Part shown: piece by piece, positions 27,703 to 37,120 of the stretch
Position numbering within the stretch: position 1 is the first letter of the stretch
How the letters are laid out: the number at the start of each line of letters is the position of its first letter
NCBI GenBank assembly: GCA_964493695.1
Contig: CAZBPG010000007.1
Location: 329-64,328, forward strand
Direction: 5' to 3'
Length of the DNA: 64,000 nucleotides
Source of the DNA: an uncultured Chitinophaga sp.
Lineage (GTDB): Bacteria > Bacteroidota > Bacteroidia > Chitinophagales > LD1
The notes under the pieces: generated by a model
What the model saw: only the letters and a program-made list of their open reading frames with translations
Databases searched by the model: none
Told to the model about the DNA's origin: nothing
Made by a program: the position numbers and the translations under genes

Positions 27703-28818
27703 TTACAAAGAAAAAGTAGCTACCACCGGATAATGATCAGAGAGTTCTTTGCGGATGGTTTTATACGAATTGATTTTTATTCGCGAATCGAAAAGAGTGT
27801 AATCAATTCTGAAAATGGAAAATTTGTTGGCAAAAGTAGCTCCGAAGCCCTTGCTTGTTTCTACAAAAGCGTCCTGTAAATTTCCTTTTGCTGTAGTGTA
27901 AGTGTATGAAACCGGAACATCATTAAAATCTCCGCAAAGAATTTTTTGTCCCGAAAATCCGTCCATGCTTTCCGCCACCGCGTTCGCCTGTTGCGAGCGC
28001 TTACTATAAGCGCGCCTCATTTTGCGCATAATATTCTTCAGCGGAGTCCATCCGGTAGTTTGATTTTCCTCAAGGGAGTCAAGCGCGGCATAATCGTCCC
28101 GTCCGAGATGAATGGATTCAAAATGCACGTTATAAACTCTGGCTGTATTACCCTTGAAATCAATGTCGGTATAAATACAATCGTTGGCGAAGGAATTTTT
28201 GAAATCAATCTTACCGGTGTCAACAATCGGAAATTTTGAAAATGTTGCCACTCCCCATTGTTGGTGCAGTTCTCCCTTTTTCCATAATGTTTGCTGCAAT
28301 TTACTCTTGGGCAGTTTCTTCAAATCAACAGAGGGGAAAAAATAAACATACCGGAACCCTAACGAATCGCGCAGATATTCAAGGTTGTGGAACAACTGAT
28401 TGTTGGTGTAAAATTCCTGCAAGCACAAGACATCGGCCTTTTCTTTTTTGATGAGTGCCAGCATCTGCTCACGGGTTTCGGCATTCTTGTTCCAGTTGTA
28501 CAAATCGAAATTTTTTACGTTCCATGTCATCACTTTTATTCCGGCTTCTTTGTACGCTTCATTAAAGTTTACCGCAAACGTAGAGTGAATAAACTTCCAG
28601 GTCAGCACAATGGCCACCAGCGAAATTAAACCGAAGGCATCGCGCTTAAGAATCCATAGCAGCAGAAAAAAAACATTTACTACCAGCACTACCGGAAAAG
28701 CAAAGCCGATAAACGTGAGTTGCCAGTATTTTGTCGGCTCAATGTAAGTGGCCATGCACGAGCAGAGCAATACAATAAGCGCGAGTATGTTTAAAAATTT
28801 GAAAAGCCCCCGCAGCAT
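27703..28818 (-). CDS. Membrane-anchored endonuclease/exonuclease/phosphatase (EEP) family protein
   Basis: 371 aa. N-terminal TM segments, then an EEP core (VMTWNV..., LCLQEF, GDFN, SDHYPV). Confidence 0.8.
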   Translation of the reverse strand: MLRGLFKFLNILALIVLLCSCMATYIEPTKYWQLTFIGFAFPVVLVVNVFFLLLWILKRDAFGLISLVAIVLTWKFIHSTFAVNFNEAYKEAGIKVMTWNVKNFDLYNWNKNAETREQMLALIKKEKADVLCLQEFYTNNQLFHNLEYLRDSLGFRYVYFFPSVDLKKLPKSKLQQTLWKKGELHQQWGVATFSKFPIVDTGKIDFKNSFANDCIYTDIDFKGNTARVYNVHFESIHLGRDDYAALDSLEENQTTGWTPLKNIMRKMRRAYSKRSQQANAVAESMDGFSGQKILCGDFNDVPVSYTYTTAKGNLQDAFVETSKGFGATFANKFSIFRIDYTLFDSRIKINSYKTIRKELSDHYPVVATFSL

Positions 28819-29708
28819 TATTTCTTTGAATAGTTAAACAGAAAATCTTTTTCCTCTTTCGTCAGGCTGTCGTAACCGGAACGCGCAATCTTGTCCAATA
28901 TTTCATCTACGCGTTGTTGTTCGTTTTTACTTCGCGAACCGGTTTCACTTTTTCGTGATTCGCTTTTGTAAGTAACCTTTATGTTCGATTTTGGTTTAAA
29001 GAGATTTGCAACGCCATCGAAAAGTTTATTGAGCGGAGAAGTTAAATCGAATCCGCCCCGCAATGATTTAATATACAAGTATCCACTTAATGCGCCCCCC
29101 GCATGTGCAATGTAACCCCCCGCATTTCCGTATGGAATATTGATGACATCAAGCAGAAGAGAAATAACAGCGATGTATTTTATCCGGACTACACCTATAA
29201 ACATCAAACGCACTTCGAAATCAGGATTAAGAGTTGCCGCAGCAAAAACAACAGCAAAAATACTAGCCGATGCTCCGAGCATCATGGATGCATCAACTTG
29301 TGGTTTAAAGACAGGAATTAAATTAAAGGCAAGTAAATAAGTTACTGCACCTGTAAGCCCGCCAAGAATATAGAGGGGAAGAATTTTTTTATCGCCCAGA
29401 TACAACACAAAAATTTCACCAAACCAATAAAACCACAGAAGGTTGAACAACACATGGAAAAAACCGGTGTGCAGAAACATGTAAGTAAAAACCGACCAGG
29501 GCTGATAGAGGAGTGTAGTAAGCGATGCGGGCATTTCTACTTTGCTAAGAAGTAAATGGTAGAATGAATTGTTTTGAAGCAAAAAGCCGAGGAGATGAAG
29601 CACACCGAAAAACAGAAACACACCAACATTTACAAAAATCAATTTCATCACCATGTTACCATGGCGAAATTGATGTTTGATGTCGTTAGTGATGGAACCG
29701 GTGAGCAT
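28818..29708 (-). CDS. Rhomboid family intramembrane serine protease (second copy in the window)
   Basis: 296 aa. YMFLHTGFFHVLFN, GASASIF and AHAGG motifs. C-terminal soluble tail. Confidence 0.85.
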   Translation of the reverse strand: MLTGSITNDIKHQFRHGNMVMKLIFVNVGVFLFFGVLHLLGFLLQNNSFYHLLLSKVEMPASLTTLLYQPWSVFTYMFLHTGFFHVLFNLLWFYWFGEIFVLYLGDKKILPLYILGGLTGAVTYLLAFNLIPVFKPQVDASMMLGASASIFAVVFAAATLNPDFEVRLMFIGVVRIKYIAVISLLLDVINIPYGNAGGYIAHAGGALSGYLYIKSLRGGFDLTSPLNKLFDGVANLFKPKSNIKVTYKSESRKSETGSRSKNEQQRVDEILDKIARSGYDSLTKEEKDFLFNYSKK

Positions 29709-29711
29709 TTG

Positions 29712-31313
29712 CTAGTTTATTTTTTCAATGGTGTAACTCAAAAAATATCTGTCTTTCAACTCATATTTACTGAAAGGACACGGGTCATCATTCTTGCCTT
29801 CATGTGGTGAATTGGTAAAATGGTCCAGCCTGCCAAGTTTATCGTAGGCGTGCAGGTTGCTAATTTCCCCGTAATTATCATCTAAACAACCCTTCATCAG
29901 CATATTCTGAATAGAGAAAATCCGGTTCTTGAAAAAGCGTTTTGTTTTTTTATCGCAGGGCGAACCGCTGTCAAGAATATCACCCGCCAGCAAATCAATG
30001 CCATCTACTTCCCAACCGCTCATATACACTCTGAAATTTTTCCCGCGGGGAACAGAAACGATGAATTCGTTATCCAGAGGCCATTTGTGGTAATATGTTT
30101 TGCCCAGGCCTTTTGTCAGTATTCTTCCCTTCTTTCCGTGAAAGTCATTCAGAAAAATCCAGTCGCTTCCTACATTCACAAACAGACGAACTTCTGCTTT
30201 TGAGAGTTTATCGTTGATGTAGCGGAACTTCAGGTTGGTCAATTTCACCTTGTAAATATCCACCGGTGTTTCACCGGCTACACCGCGTCCTTCGTCCCAA
30301 TAAAAATAAAGAGTGCGGGCATAAACTTCCAGGTCATTCGCATTCTTTGTTTTCCATGGAATGAGAATGCGTGCGGTACCTGAATCACTATCGGTTTCAA
30401 TTGTTTCGTATTGCGAAAAGTTATCGCCTTTTCTTCTCTGCAGGGTATACAGCAGTTGCGCATTGGCGGAAGGACGGGGCAGGTCAATCTTTACTGTAAA
30501 TTCATAATCCTTACTGCTCATGTTTACCCGCCTCACAAAGCTCGAAGAGTTAAACCGGTTGTTCTGAAGCGCCCCTCCGTCACCACTTGCGAAAATATCA
30601 ACGCGCGTAGCAAACTTTATAGAGCTGTCACCAATAGTTACCTGTTCGGGCAGGAAACGTTTTACTGCCACAAATCGTGGAGGATGAATCTCCGCTTCGC
30701 TGGGCGGATGTCCCCGGTCCCATACATAATGCCCTTCCACATGCACCCAGTCTCCAATGCCCGGCCAGTTCCAGATTACATCTTTTAATTCATGACCGGC
30801 ACTGAAAAAACCCCCGCTTCTTCCGAAATCATTATCAGCACTCAACACATTTACCCGGTTACACATTCCCAGGCCACACTCCCACTCGCAGCGAATTATG
30901 CCATGCAACACTGTGTCATTTCCTTCCGCTGTTTTGTAAACCAGATAAGGCAGATAATTTGTGTACCGGTTGTCTTCTGTCTTGTCAGGGATGACATCAA
31001 AATTTACATCGTGCGAGTAATGATAGAAAGGCAAATCTTCATGGCTTACATGAGGCCCGTGAGACCCGTTTACCAGGTTAGAGCCGACTCTGCCTTCCAG
31101 CACAGCAATGTAATTTTTGTCTACTACCGGCAGCCACGAAGGAAGAATGACACCGATATCGTAAAACTCAAGGCGTTTTAAAATTGCAATAGTATCACGA
31201 CAGGGAGAAAACCCATCTTCGCTTTGGGTAGAATACGGATGAGATGTCAGCGGTTGCGCAAACACCGGTGAAGAAAAAACTACGAATAATAAAGGGAAGA
31301 AATATTTTTTCAT
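29712..31313 (-). CDS. Secreted hypothetical protein, no family recognised
   Basis: 533 aa. Signal peptide ...PVFA/QP. Stop lies 3 nt upstream of the rhomboid start, so probably the same operon. Confidence 0.65.
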   Translation of the reverse strand: MKKYFFPLLFVVFSSPVFAQPLTSHPYSTQSEDGFSPCRDTIAILKRLEFYDIGVILPSWLPVVDKNYIAVLEGRVGSNLVNGSHGPHVSHEDLPFYHYSHDVNFDVIPDKTEDNRYTNYLPYLVYKTAEGNDTVLHGIIRCEWECGLGMCNRVNVLSADNDFGRSGGFFSAGHELKDVIWNWPGIGDWVHVEGHYVWDRGHPPSEAEIHPPRFVAVKRFLPEQVTIGDSSIKFATRVDIFASGDGGALQNNRFNSSSFVRRVNMSSKDYEFTVKIDLPRPSANAQLLYTLQRRKGDNFSQYETIETDSDSGTARILIPWKTKNANDLEVYARTLYFYWDEGRGVAGETPVDIYKVKLTNLKFRYINDKLSKAEVRLFVNVGSDWIFLNDFHGKKGRILTKGLGKTYYHKWPLDNEFIVSVPRGKNFRVYMSGWEVDGIDLLAGDILDSGSPCDKKTKRFFKNRIFSIQNMLMKGCLDDNYGEISNLHAYDKLGRLDHFTNSPHEGKNDDPCPFSKYELKDRYFLSYTIEKIN

Positions 31314-31528
31314 GACTAAACGCTGTCAAAGATAAACTTGCACCTGAAAAATTTTGAAACCTTTTGTATGAGTGGTCGTAGACGTAGAAACCTAAACGCG
31401 CAGCTTATGATACAACTTGACACTAAAATGCCTCATTGGCCAATTGACGATAACACAAAGTAACCAATAGCTAAAGAGCTATAACGAAAAATCTTCTGGG
31501 AGCCGTAACTCTCAGGGGATTTTTTGTT

Positions 31529-32803
31529 TTATGCCACAACCGGTTCTTTTGCAAGTTGTTTGTAATTGATAAAAAGAATTGCCGCTCCGGCAAAGCAGAT
31601 AAAGGCCATTACCACCACCGCATACAATACATTAATGCCCTGGTGAAAAAACGGGAATGTGAACGCTCCGATTAAACACAGCCTGAGAAATACATTTATT
31701 ACAAAGAATATACTACTGGTCCGTCCGATTACATGATTGGGTATGTGATGAAACAAATAGGTAACGCGCTGTATTCTTATGGCGGCATTGCACGCACCTA
31801 TTACAAAGTTGGCGGCAAAAAACAGAAACAAAACATTGTTGAACGACATCACGAGGTACATAACACCGGTAACAAGCGAGAGAAGTATAATGCCAAGTAC
31901 CGCACTTTTCTCTGCAAAAAATTTAGTTGTTAAGAACCCCGCCAAAACCGCACCCAGCGAAAAAGCCATATCGCCAAAGGCATATACATCACCGCCTTTA
32001 TGCAGGAACGAATCCACATACACCGGTTGTATGTATGTCCCGAAAACAAGAATGGTCAAAAACACCAGCAACGAGGCATTGCCGAAGTGAAAGAGCAAGG
32101 GATGCTTTTTCAGAAAACCGAAACCGATTTTTACACGTTCGCGCAAATCGCTGATATCAATTTTCTTTTCCACCACCGGTAACGATTTTATCCGATAGAT
32201 GATGATAAAGGCAATCAGATAAGTGATTGCATCGATGGCAAATATTTCATGAATCTTCCAGGCACGAAAGTCAAACGGCAGCGGAACATCAAACCCGAAA
32301 AAATTCATGTGATGATTTACTCCGTTCAAGAGCATGGCGGCAAGTCCGCCAGCAATGGTGAACGTAATTTGCCCCTGAATCTCGAGCAACGAAGTAACGC
32401 GACCGTAATCTTCTTTGGAGGTTATCTCCTGCGCAAATGCATACAGGTTCGGGAAGTGGATGTTGTAGATGAAAGCAGTAGTGGCAAAAACACCCGCTAC
32501 CAAAAACCAGGACAGCGAATCATTTTTAAATCCGATAAGCGTAACAGCAGAGAGCACAAACAAACCCGCCAGGTTCATCACCAGAAAAATTTTTCTGCGG
32601 CTGTAACGGTCAATCAATGTGCCCGCATACAGGCCCCAGAAAAGAGAGACTGCAGTAATCAGGAAATACGCTTTGCCGAATAATTCTTCGCGGTGAATAA
32701 TACCGGTAAAATACCAGGGAATGGCAAGCATGGAAATTCCCTGTGCCACTCCGCTGATAGAGTTGGCGAGCAAGAGAAGAAATATGGCACGTGAGTTTTT
32801 CAA
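31529..32803 (-). CDS. MFS transporter
   Basis: 424 aa, about 12 TM segments, with the DRYSRRK loop motif between TM2 and TM3. Confidence 0.8.
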   Translation of the reverse strand: MKNSRAIFLLLLANSISGVAQGISMLAIPWYFTGIIHREELFGKAYFLITAVSLFWGLYAGTLIDRYSRRKIFLVMNLAGLFVLSAVTLIGFKNDSLSWFLVAGVFATTAFIYNIHFPNLYAFAQEITSKEDYGRVTSLLEIQGQITFTIAGGLAAMLLNGVNHHMNFFGFDVPLPFDFRAWKIHEIFAIDAITYLIAFIIIYRIKSLPVVEKKIDISDLRERVKIGFGFLKKHPLLFHFGNASLLVFLTILVFGTYIQPVYVDSFLHKGGDVYAFGDMAFSLGAVLAGFLTTKFFAEKSAVLGIILLSLVTGVMYLVMSFNNVLFLFFAANFVIGACNAAIRIQRVTYLFHHIPNHVIGRTSSIFFVINVFLRLCLIGAFTFPFFHQGINVLYAVVVMAFICFAGAAILFINYKQLAKEPVVA

Positions 32804-32849
32804 TTGCTATTTTCGAAAGCAACGAAACTAAAAGTTTGCTACAGATTAA

Positions 32850-33302
32850 ATGCCGATAGACAAAACCACATACGACAAGCTTTCGAATTTTTGTGCCTAT
32901 CAGGAAAGGTGTGTGAGTGATGTGAAAGAGAAAATGAGGAAACTGAAAGTGGAGAAAGAAGAGTATGAAGCTTACATCGAAAGGCTGAAGGAAAGTAATT
33001 TTTTGAATGAAGAACGGTTTGTGAAATATTTTGTAAGCGCTCACGCCAAAAAGAAATGGGGAAAAACAAAAATGAAATCTGCACTGGGCGCAAAGCGGAT
33101 TGACTCCTCGCTTATAAAATTATACTTAGATGATATGGATGAAGGCGATTATGAGGAGCAGATTAAAACTATTGCCGAAAAAAAGTGGCACACCATTAAA
33201 GCAAAGTCGCCACGCGATAAAAAAACGAAGATGCTCCGGTTTTTGCTGAGTAAAGGATATGAAATGAGCAAAGCCCTGAGTGCAATAAAAGGTTTTAAGT
33301 AG
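32850..33302 (+). CDS. recX: Regulatory protein RecX
   Basis: 150 aa. RecX-like helical repeat pattern (CAYQERC..DV..K......YIERLKESNFLNEERF...F). Confidence 0.7.
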   Translation: MPIDKTTYDKLSNFCAYQERCVSDVKEKMRKLKVEKEEYEAYIERLKESNFLNEERFVKYFVSAHAKKKWGKTKMKSALGAKRIDSSLIKLYLDDMDEGDYEEQIKTIAEKKWHTIKAKSPRDKKTKMLRFLLSKGYEMSKALSAIKGFK

Positions 33303-33558
33303 GCAGCTTACTGTTGATATAGCTTTCCTCTGCCTCAATCTCCAGCGTTTTGAATGAATTGGTATCGCCTTTCAACAACACGATTTTCGATTTGGGCAGA
33401 TTTAAAACCTCACTTAAGTACTCCAGCAGATATTTGTTCGCCTTGCCCTCTACCGGTTGCGCTTTAATTTTCACTTTTAGTGAGCCGTCTGCTTCGCGCA
33501 GTATTTCATCTTTTTTTGAGCCGGGCTTTACCCTGATTCGCAATTTCATCGCAAACAT
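33295..33558 (-). CDS. DUF167 (YggU) family protein
   Basis: 87 aa. V.V.PG.KKDEI......LKVKI.A.PVEGKAN..L..YLS motif set. Confidence 0.75.
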   Translation of the reverse strand: MFAMKLRIRVKPGSKKDEILREADGSLKVKIKAQPVEGKANKYLLEYLSEVLNLPKSKIVLLKGDTNSFKTLEIEAEESYINSKLPT

Positions 33559-33618
33559 GTGTTAAGCCCGCAAGTTACCGCAATTGATTTGATTACATTT
33601 GTGCCTCAATAAGAAAAA

Positions 33619-34206
33619 ATGAACGCAACCGACATCATAGAAATTTATACCGAGTACACACCTAATCCGGAGAGCCAGAAGTTTGTCACCAACCGGCAGA
33701 TTTTGCCGAACTTTCAATTAGATTTTAAAACAAAAGAATTAGCAGCCGGTTCGGAGCTGGCAAAAACGCTTTTCGAAATTCCTTTTGTAAGTGGCGTTTT
33801 TATAGCCAATAATTTTGTGACCATTACCAAGAAACAGGAATACGACTGGTTTGAAATTACACCGGAGCTGAAAGATGCCGTTATTAAGTTTCTGCAAAGC
33901 GGAAAGAAACCTGTAGAAGATGCGTTGTTGCCAAAAGATATTTTACAGGAACAAAAATCGGAAGCAGCGAACGAAGACCCCGAAACAAAAATTAAAGACC
34001 TGCTCGAAAAATATGTAAAGCCCGCTGTGCAAATGGACGGTGGACATATTGAATTCAAATCGTTTGAGAACGGAACGGTTACGCTTTCGCTGCAGGGCTC
34101 CTGCAGCAGTTGTCCTTCTTCTACACTTACCCTTAAATCGGGCATTGAAGGCTTGCTCAAACGCATGGTGCCGGAAGTGGAAGAAGTGATTGCAGATGCA
34201 GATTAA
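33619..34206 (+). CDS. NifU/Nfu-type Fe-S cluster assembly protein
   Basis: 195 aa. C-terminal NifU domain with DGGHIEF...G.C..C (CSSCPSS). Confidence 0.8.
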   Translation: MNATDIIEIYTEYTPNPESQKFVTNRQILPNFQLDFKTKELAAGSELAKTLFEIPFVSGVFIANNFVTITKKQEYDWFEITPELKDAVIKFLQSGKKPVEDALLPKDILQEQKSEAANEDPETKIKDLLEKYVKPAVQMDGGHIEFKSFENGTVTLSLQGSCSSCPSSTLTLKSGIEGLLKRMVPEVEEVIADAD

Positions 34207-34225
34207 GCACCCGTTAAATTTCTCT

Positions 34226-34627
34226 TTATTGCAGAGCGGGTAGCAATACTGGCGGATAAATTCTTTCTACACCATCTTTGGTAACGGTTTTAATACGGTA
34301 GTAAACATCTTTATTAGAGGCATAAGGGTACCGGTCATATTGAAGCAGGTAGCCGTTCACCGGTTTTACTTCTGCACTCGAAATATACCGGCACTTGCCA
34401 AAATATTTGGGTGTTTCGGCACTGCGCTCTACAAGCAGATGGTCGTATTGCGTAATGTCTTTGATAAACAGGCGCAATTTAACTTCTGCTCCGTTTCGCT
34501 CTACCTGTAACGTAACCTCATCTTCAAGCGACTGGAAACTGTACGTTTTTTCCTGTGCGGCCTGAGAGAACACCACCGGTGAGCAGGCAAACAGCCAAAC
34601 GCGGACGAGGAATAATGTTTTTTTCAT
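34226..34627 (-). CDS. Small secreted hypothetical protein
   Basis: ATG at 34627 gives MKKTLFLV... with a signal peptide. The upstream extension to 34735 is unlikely. Confidence 0.45.
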   Translation of the reverse strand: MKKTLFLVRVWLFACSPVVFSQAAQEKTYSFQSLEDEVTLQVERNGAEVKLRLFIKDITQYDHLLVERSAETPKYFGKCRYISSAEVKPVNGYLLQYDRYPYASNKDVYYRIKTVTKDGVERIYPPVLLPALQ

Positions 34628-34738
34628 AATGCTGTCGGTTAAGTTTCCGGATTGATGTTTCAGACAACAAGTTTGCATGGTAACAAAATTCTCCCCGTAA
34701 AAGTAACAATAAATGATGTAGGTATATAAAACCAAAAA

Positions 34739-34762
34739 GACCGCACTGTGGCGGTCCGTTTT
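34739..34762. terminator. Orphan hairpin GACCGC-ACTGTG-GCGGTC flanked by an A5 run and a T4 run
   Basis: Read directly. Terminator-like on both strands, but no upstream gene on either strand ends here. Confidence 0.3.
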
Positions 34763-34939
34763 GGTTAAGCATTCAATTTGTTTTATCCCGCTGTACTGCT
34801 TAAGCCAGCGGTGCGGCAGGATAAGCTCTTTATATAACGTGTTAAGTTATGGTCTTGTTTTTTCAACGGTTAGAACCGGTATATGATTTTACGTTCCTGT
34901 GTAAAAATTGGTTGCACCGGTTGATTTGAAAGTTACATC

Positions 34940-35473
34940 TTGCGCATTGTGATACAGGTTACCGATAACATTTTTCTTACAAGCCTGAAGTTGAGCGATG
35001 CCGAAACCATTGTGGCGCACATGCGCGATAAAGAAATTTCGGACAATACCCTTGTGATTCCTTTTCCTTACACCATAGCGGATGCCAATACATTTTTAGA
35101 AGATACTGCTATCAGAGAGGACGAACTGGCTGTGCAGAAAAATTTTGCCATACGCGATGGCGATGGAGTTTTGATGGGCATTATAGGGCTTCATTTTAAT
35201 TACGGATTGGCGGCTGATAAAAGCGAATTTGGCTACTGGCTGGGCAAGCAACACTGGAACAAGGGTGTAATGACAGCCGTGATAAACCGGTTTTGCGAGC
35301 TGGCGAAAGAGAAGCACCAAATGAAAATGCTGGAGGCCTATGTGTTTTACTTTAACGATACATCGATGCGCGTTTTAGAAAAATGCGGCTTTGAGCGCAC
35401 CGGTGGCACTATTACCCACACCAAGCGCGATGGAACTAAGGTGATGGGGATTGGATTCAGAAAAGAAATATAA
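34940..35473 (+). CDS. GNAT family N-acetyltransferase (RimJ/RimL-like)
   Basis: 177 aa. Acetyl-CoA binding region (W.GK..WNKG..T.A). TTG start as given by the ORF track. Confidence 0.75.
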   Translation: MRIVIQVTDNIFLTSLKLSDAETIVAHMRDKEISDNTLVIPFPYTIADANTFLEDTAIREDELAVQKNFAIRDGDGVLMGIIGLHFNYGLAADKSEFGYWLGKQHWNKGVMTAVINRFCELAKEKHQMKMLEAYVFYFNDTSMRVLEKCGFERTGGTITHTKRDGTKVMGIGFRKEI

Positions 35474-35671
35474 ACCCACCCCTAAATCCCCTAAAGGGGA
35501 CTTGAAAGACAACCCCAAACCCCTAAAGGGTTTTGTCACAGTTCTGTCATTTTTTTACGGGCACCCGTTTTTTTACAATTCTGTGACACTTCTCATTTTC
35601 CTTCAGCGTATCTTCGAATTATAATCGTTCGTTTTAGTTAACCGGCTTTGAGCCTATGAAAATGCCGGTGG

Positions 35672-35703
35672 CCCCCGGTGAAGAAATTCACCGGGGGTTT
35701 TTT
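35672..35703 (+). terminator. Strong intrinsic terminator on the + strand, 200 nt beyond the GNAT stop
   Basis: CCCCCGGTGAA-GAAA-TTCACCGGGGG followed by TTTTTT. Confidence 0.65.
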
Positions 35704-35786
35704 GCCAGCAACTTAAGACCGGCACCTAAATAGATGCAGAAAATCCGAAGGCTAAAACTATGGAGTGGTGTGGAATTAGAGCTGTG

Positions 35787-37079
35787 TTACGGATACTGCT
35801 CGGTATAATCCAAATCCTTGGCAAAAGTTTCTTTAGCCCTTGAGATAGCCCAAAGCGAAAGTCCCAGACACAGCAAGCCAACGATAAATGCGCTGAGAAT
35901 GTTGTTCGACAATTGAGCAGTAAGAAACTGAAACAACATGGTGATGAGCGGCACGGACCCGCGAACAAAATTGGGGGTGGTATTGGTTACCGTTGAACGG
36001 ATATTCGTGCCGAATTGCTCGGCAGCAATGGTTACAAAGATGGCCCAGTAACCGGTAGCGCAGCCCACTAAAAAACTAAGTATGTAAAACCCCTGTAACG
36101 AAATTCCGTTGGCGAAAAACAAATAGTAAGTCATCAGCAGCATACTGAAACCGAGATAAAGAAAAACCACTTTTCGCCTGCTGCGCAAAACCTGACTGAT
36201 TAGCCCGCTGAACACATCGCCCACGCTTAGCCCTATGTAAGCATACATCAGTGCCGTGCCGTTTACCACTTTGCCCTGCACGTTTAAATCTTTCGCCCAA
36301 ATCAATTCGCTGTTGGCTACAATTAAACCAATGAAATACCAGATGGGCAGACCGATTAAAATGCAGTTGAGGTATTTGAAGAACCGTTCTTTGTTGTTGA
36401 ACAACATTCGGATATCACCCTTGCTCACTTCGCTCTGCTGAACACTCTTAAACATGCCCGACTCAATTGTTCCTACGCGCAGGAGAAGAAGAAAGAGCCC
36501 CATCACTCCCCCCAGTATATAAGCCACCTGCCAGTTAGCAAATGTGGCGTTGAAAATTCCACCCAAGAAATTTCCGAGCGCCTGCCCGTTGGCGCCCACC
36601 AGCGCAGCAGCTACCGCGCCCAACGCACCGAACGAAACTATAATCATTGTTCCATAGCCGCGCTTCTCTTTGCTCATGGTTTCACTTACCAAAGTTATTC
36701 CCGCGCCCAATTCTCCGGCTAAACCAATACCCGCAATCACGCGCACTATGGCATACATGGGAACAGTAGTAACAAAGGCATTGATAATGTTTGCCGCAGA
36801 ATAGAGAAGAATTGAACCGAACAATACCGAGAGCCTTCCTTTTTTATCGCCCCATATTCCCCAGAGCAAACCACCCAGTAACATCCCCACCATCTGCATG
36901 TTAAAAAGAAAAATACCCGTGCTTTTTAAAACCTCCGGAGCGGCTCCCGGCAAAATCATTTCTAAACTTTCTTTCTTAACTACATTGAAAAGAATGAGGT
37001 CGTAGATATCGACAAAGTAACCCAGCGCGGCAACAACAATTATAAAGTAGGTGATGAAAGGACTTTTCTTCTCGCTCAT
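35787..37079 (-). CDS. MFS transporter
   Basis: 430 aa, 12 TM segments, with GDKKGR loop motif. Confidence 0.8.
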   Translation of the reverse strand: MSEKKSPFITYFIIVVAALGYFVDIYDLILFNVVKKESLEMILPGAAPEVLKSTGIFLFNMQMVGMLLGGLLWGIWGDKKGRLSVLFGSILLYSAANIINAFVTTVPMYAIVRVIAGIGLAGELGAGITLVSETMSKEKRGYGTMIIVSFGALGAVAAALVGANGQALGNFLGGIFNATFANWQVAYILGGVMGLFLLLLRVGTIESGMFKSVQQSEVSKGDIRMLFNNKERFFKYLNCILIGLPIWYFIGLIVANSELIWAKDLNVQGKVVNGTALMYAYIGLSVGDVFSGLISQVLRSRRKVVFLYLGFSMLLMTYYLFFANGISLQGFYILSFLVGCATGYWAIFVTIAAEQFGTNIRSTVTNTTPNFVRGSVPLITMLFQFLTAQLSNNILSAFIVGLLCLGLSLWAISRAKETFAKDLDYTEQYP

Positions 37080-37090
37080 GAATTTGTTTT

Positions 37091-37120
37091 AACCAAAGGG
37101 TTCAAAACCCTTTCGGGGTT
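37091..37120. repeat. REP-like palindromic element (family copy 2, left arm degenerate), overlapping the ctaA 3' end
   Basis: AACC-AAAGGGTTCAAAACCCTTTCGGGGTT. The last ctaA codons (...TPKGF) and the stop lie inside it. Confidence 0.8.
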
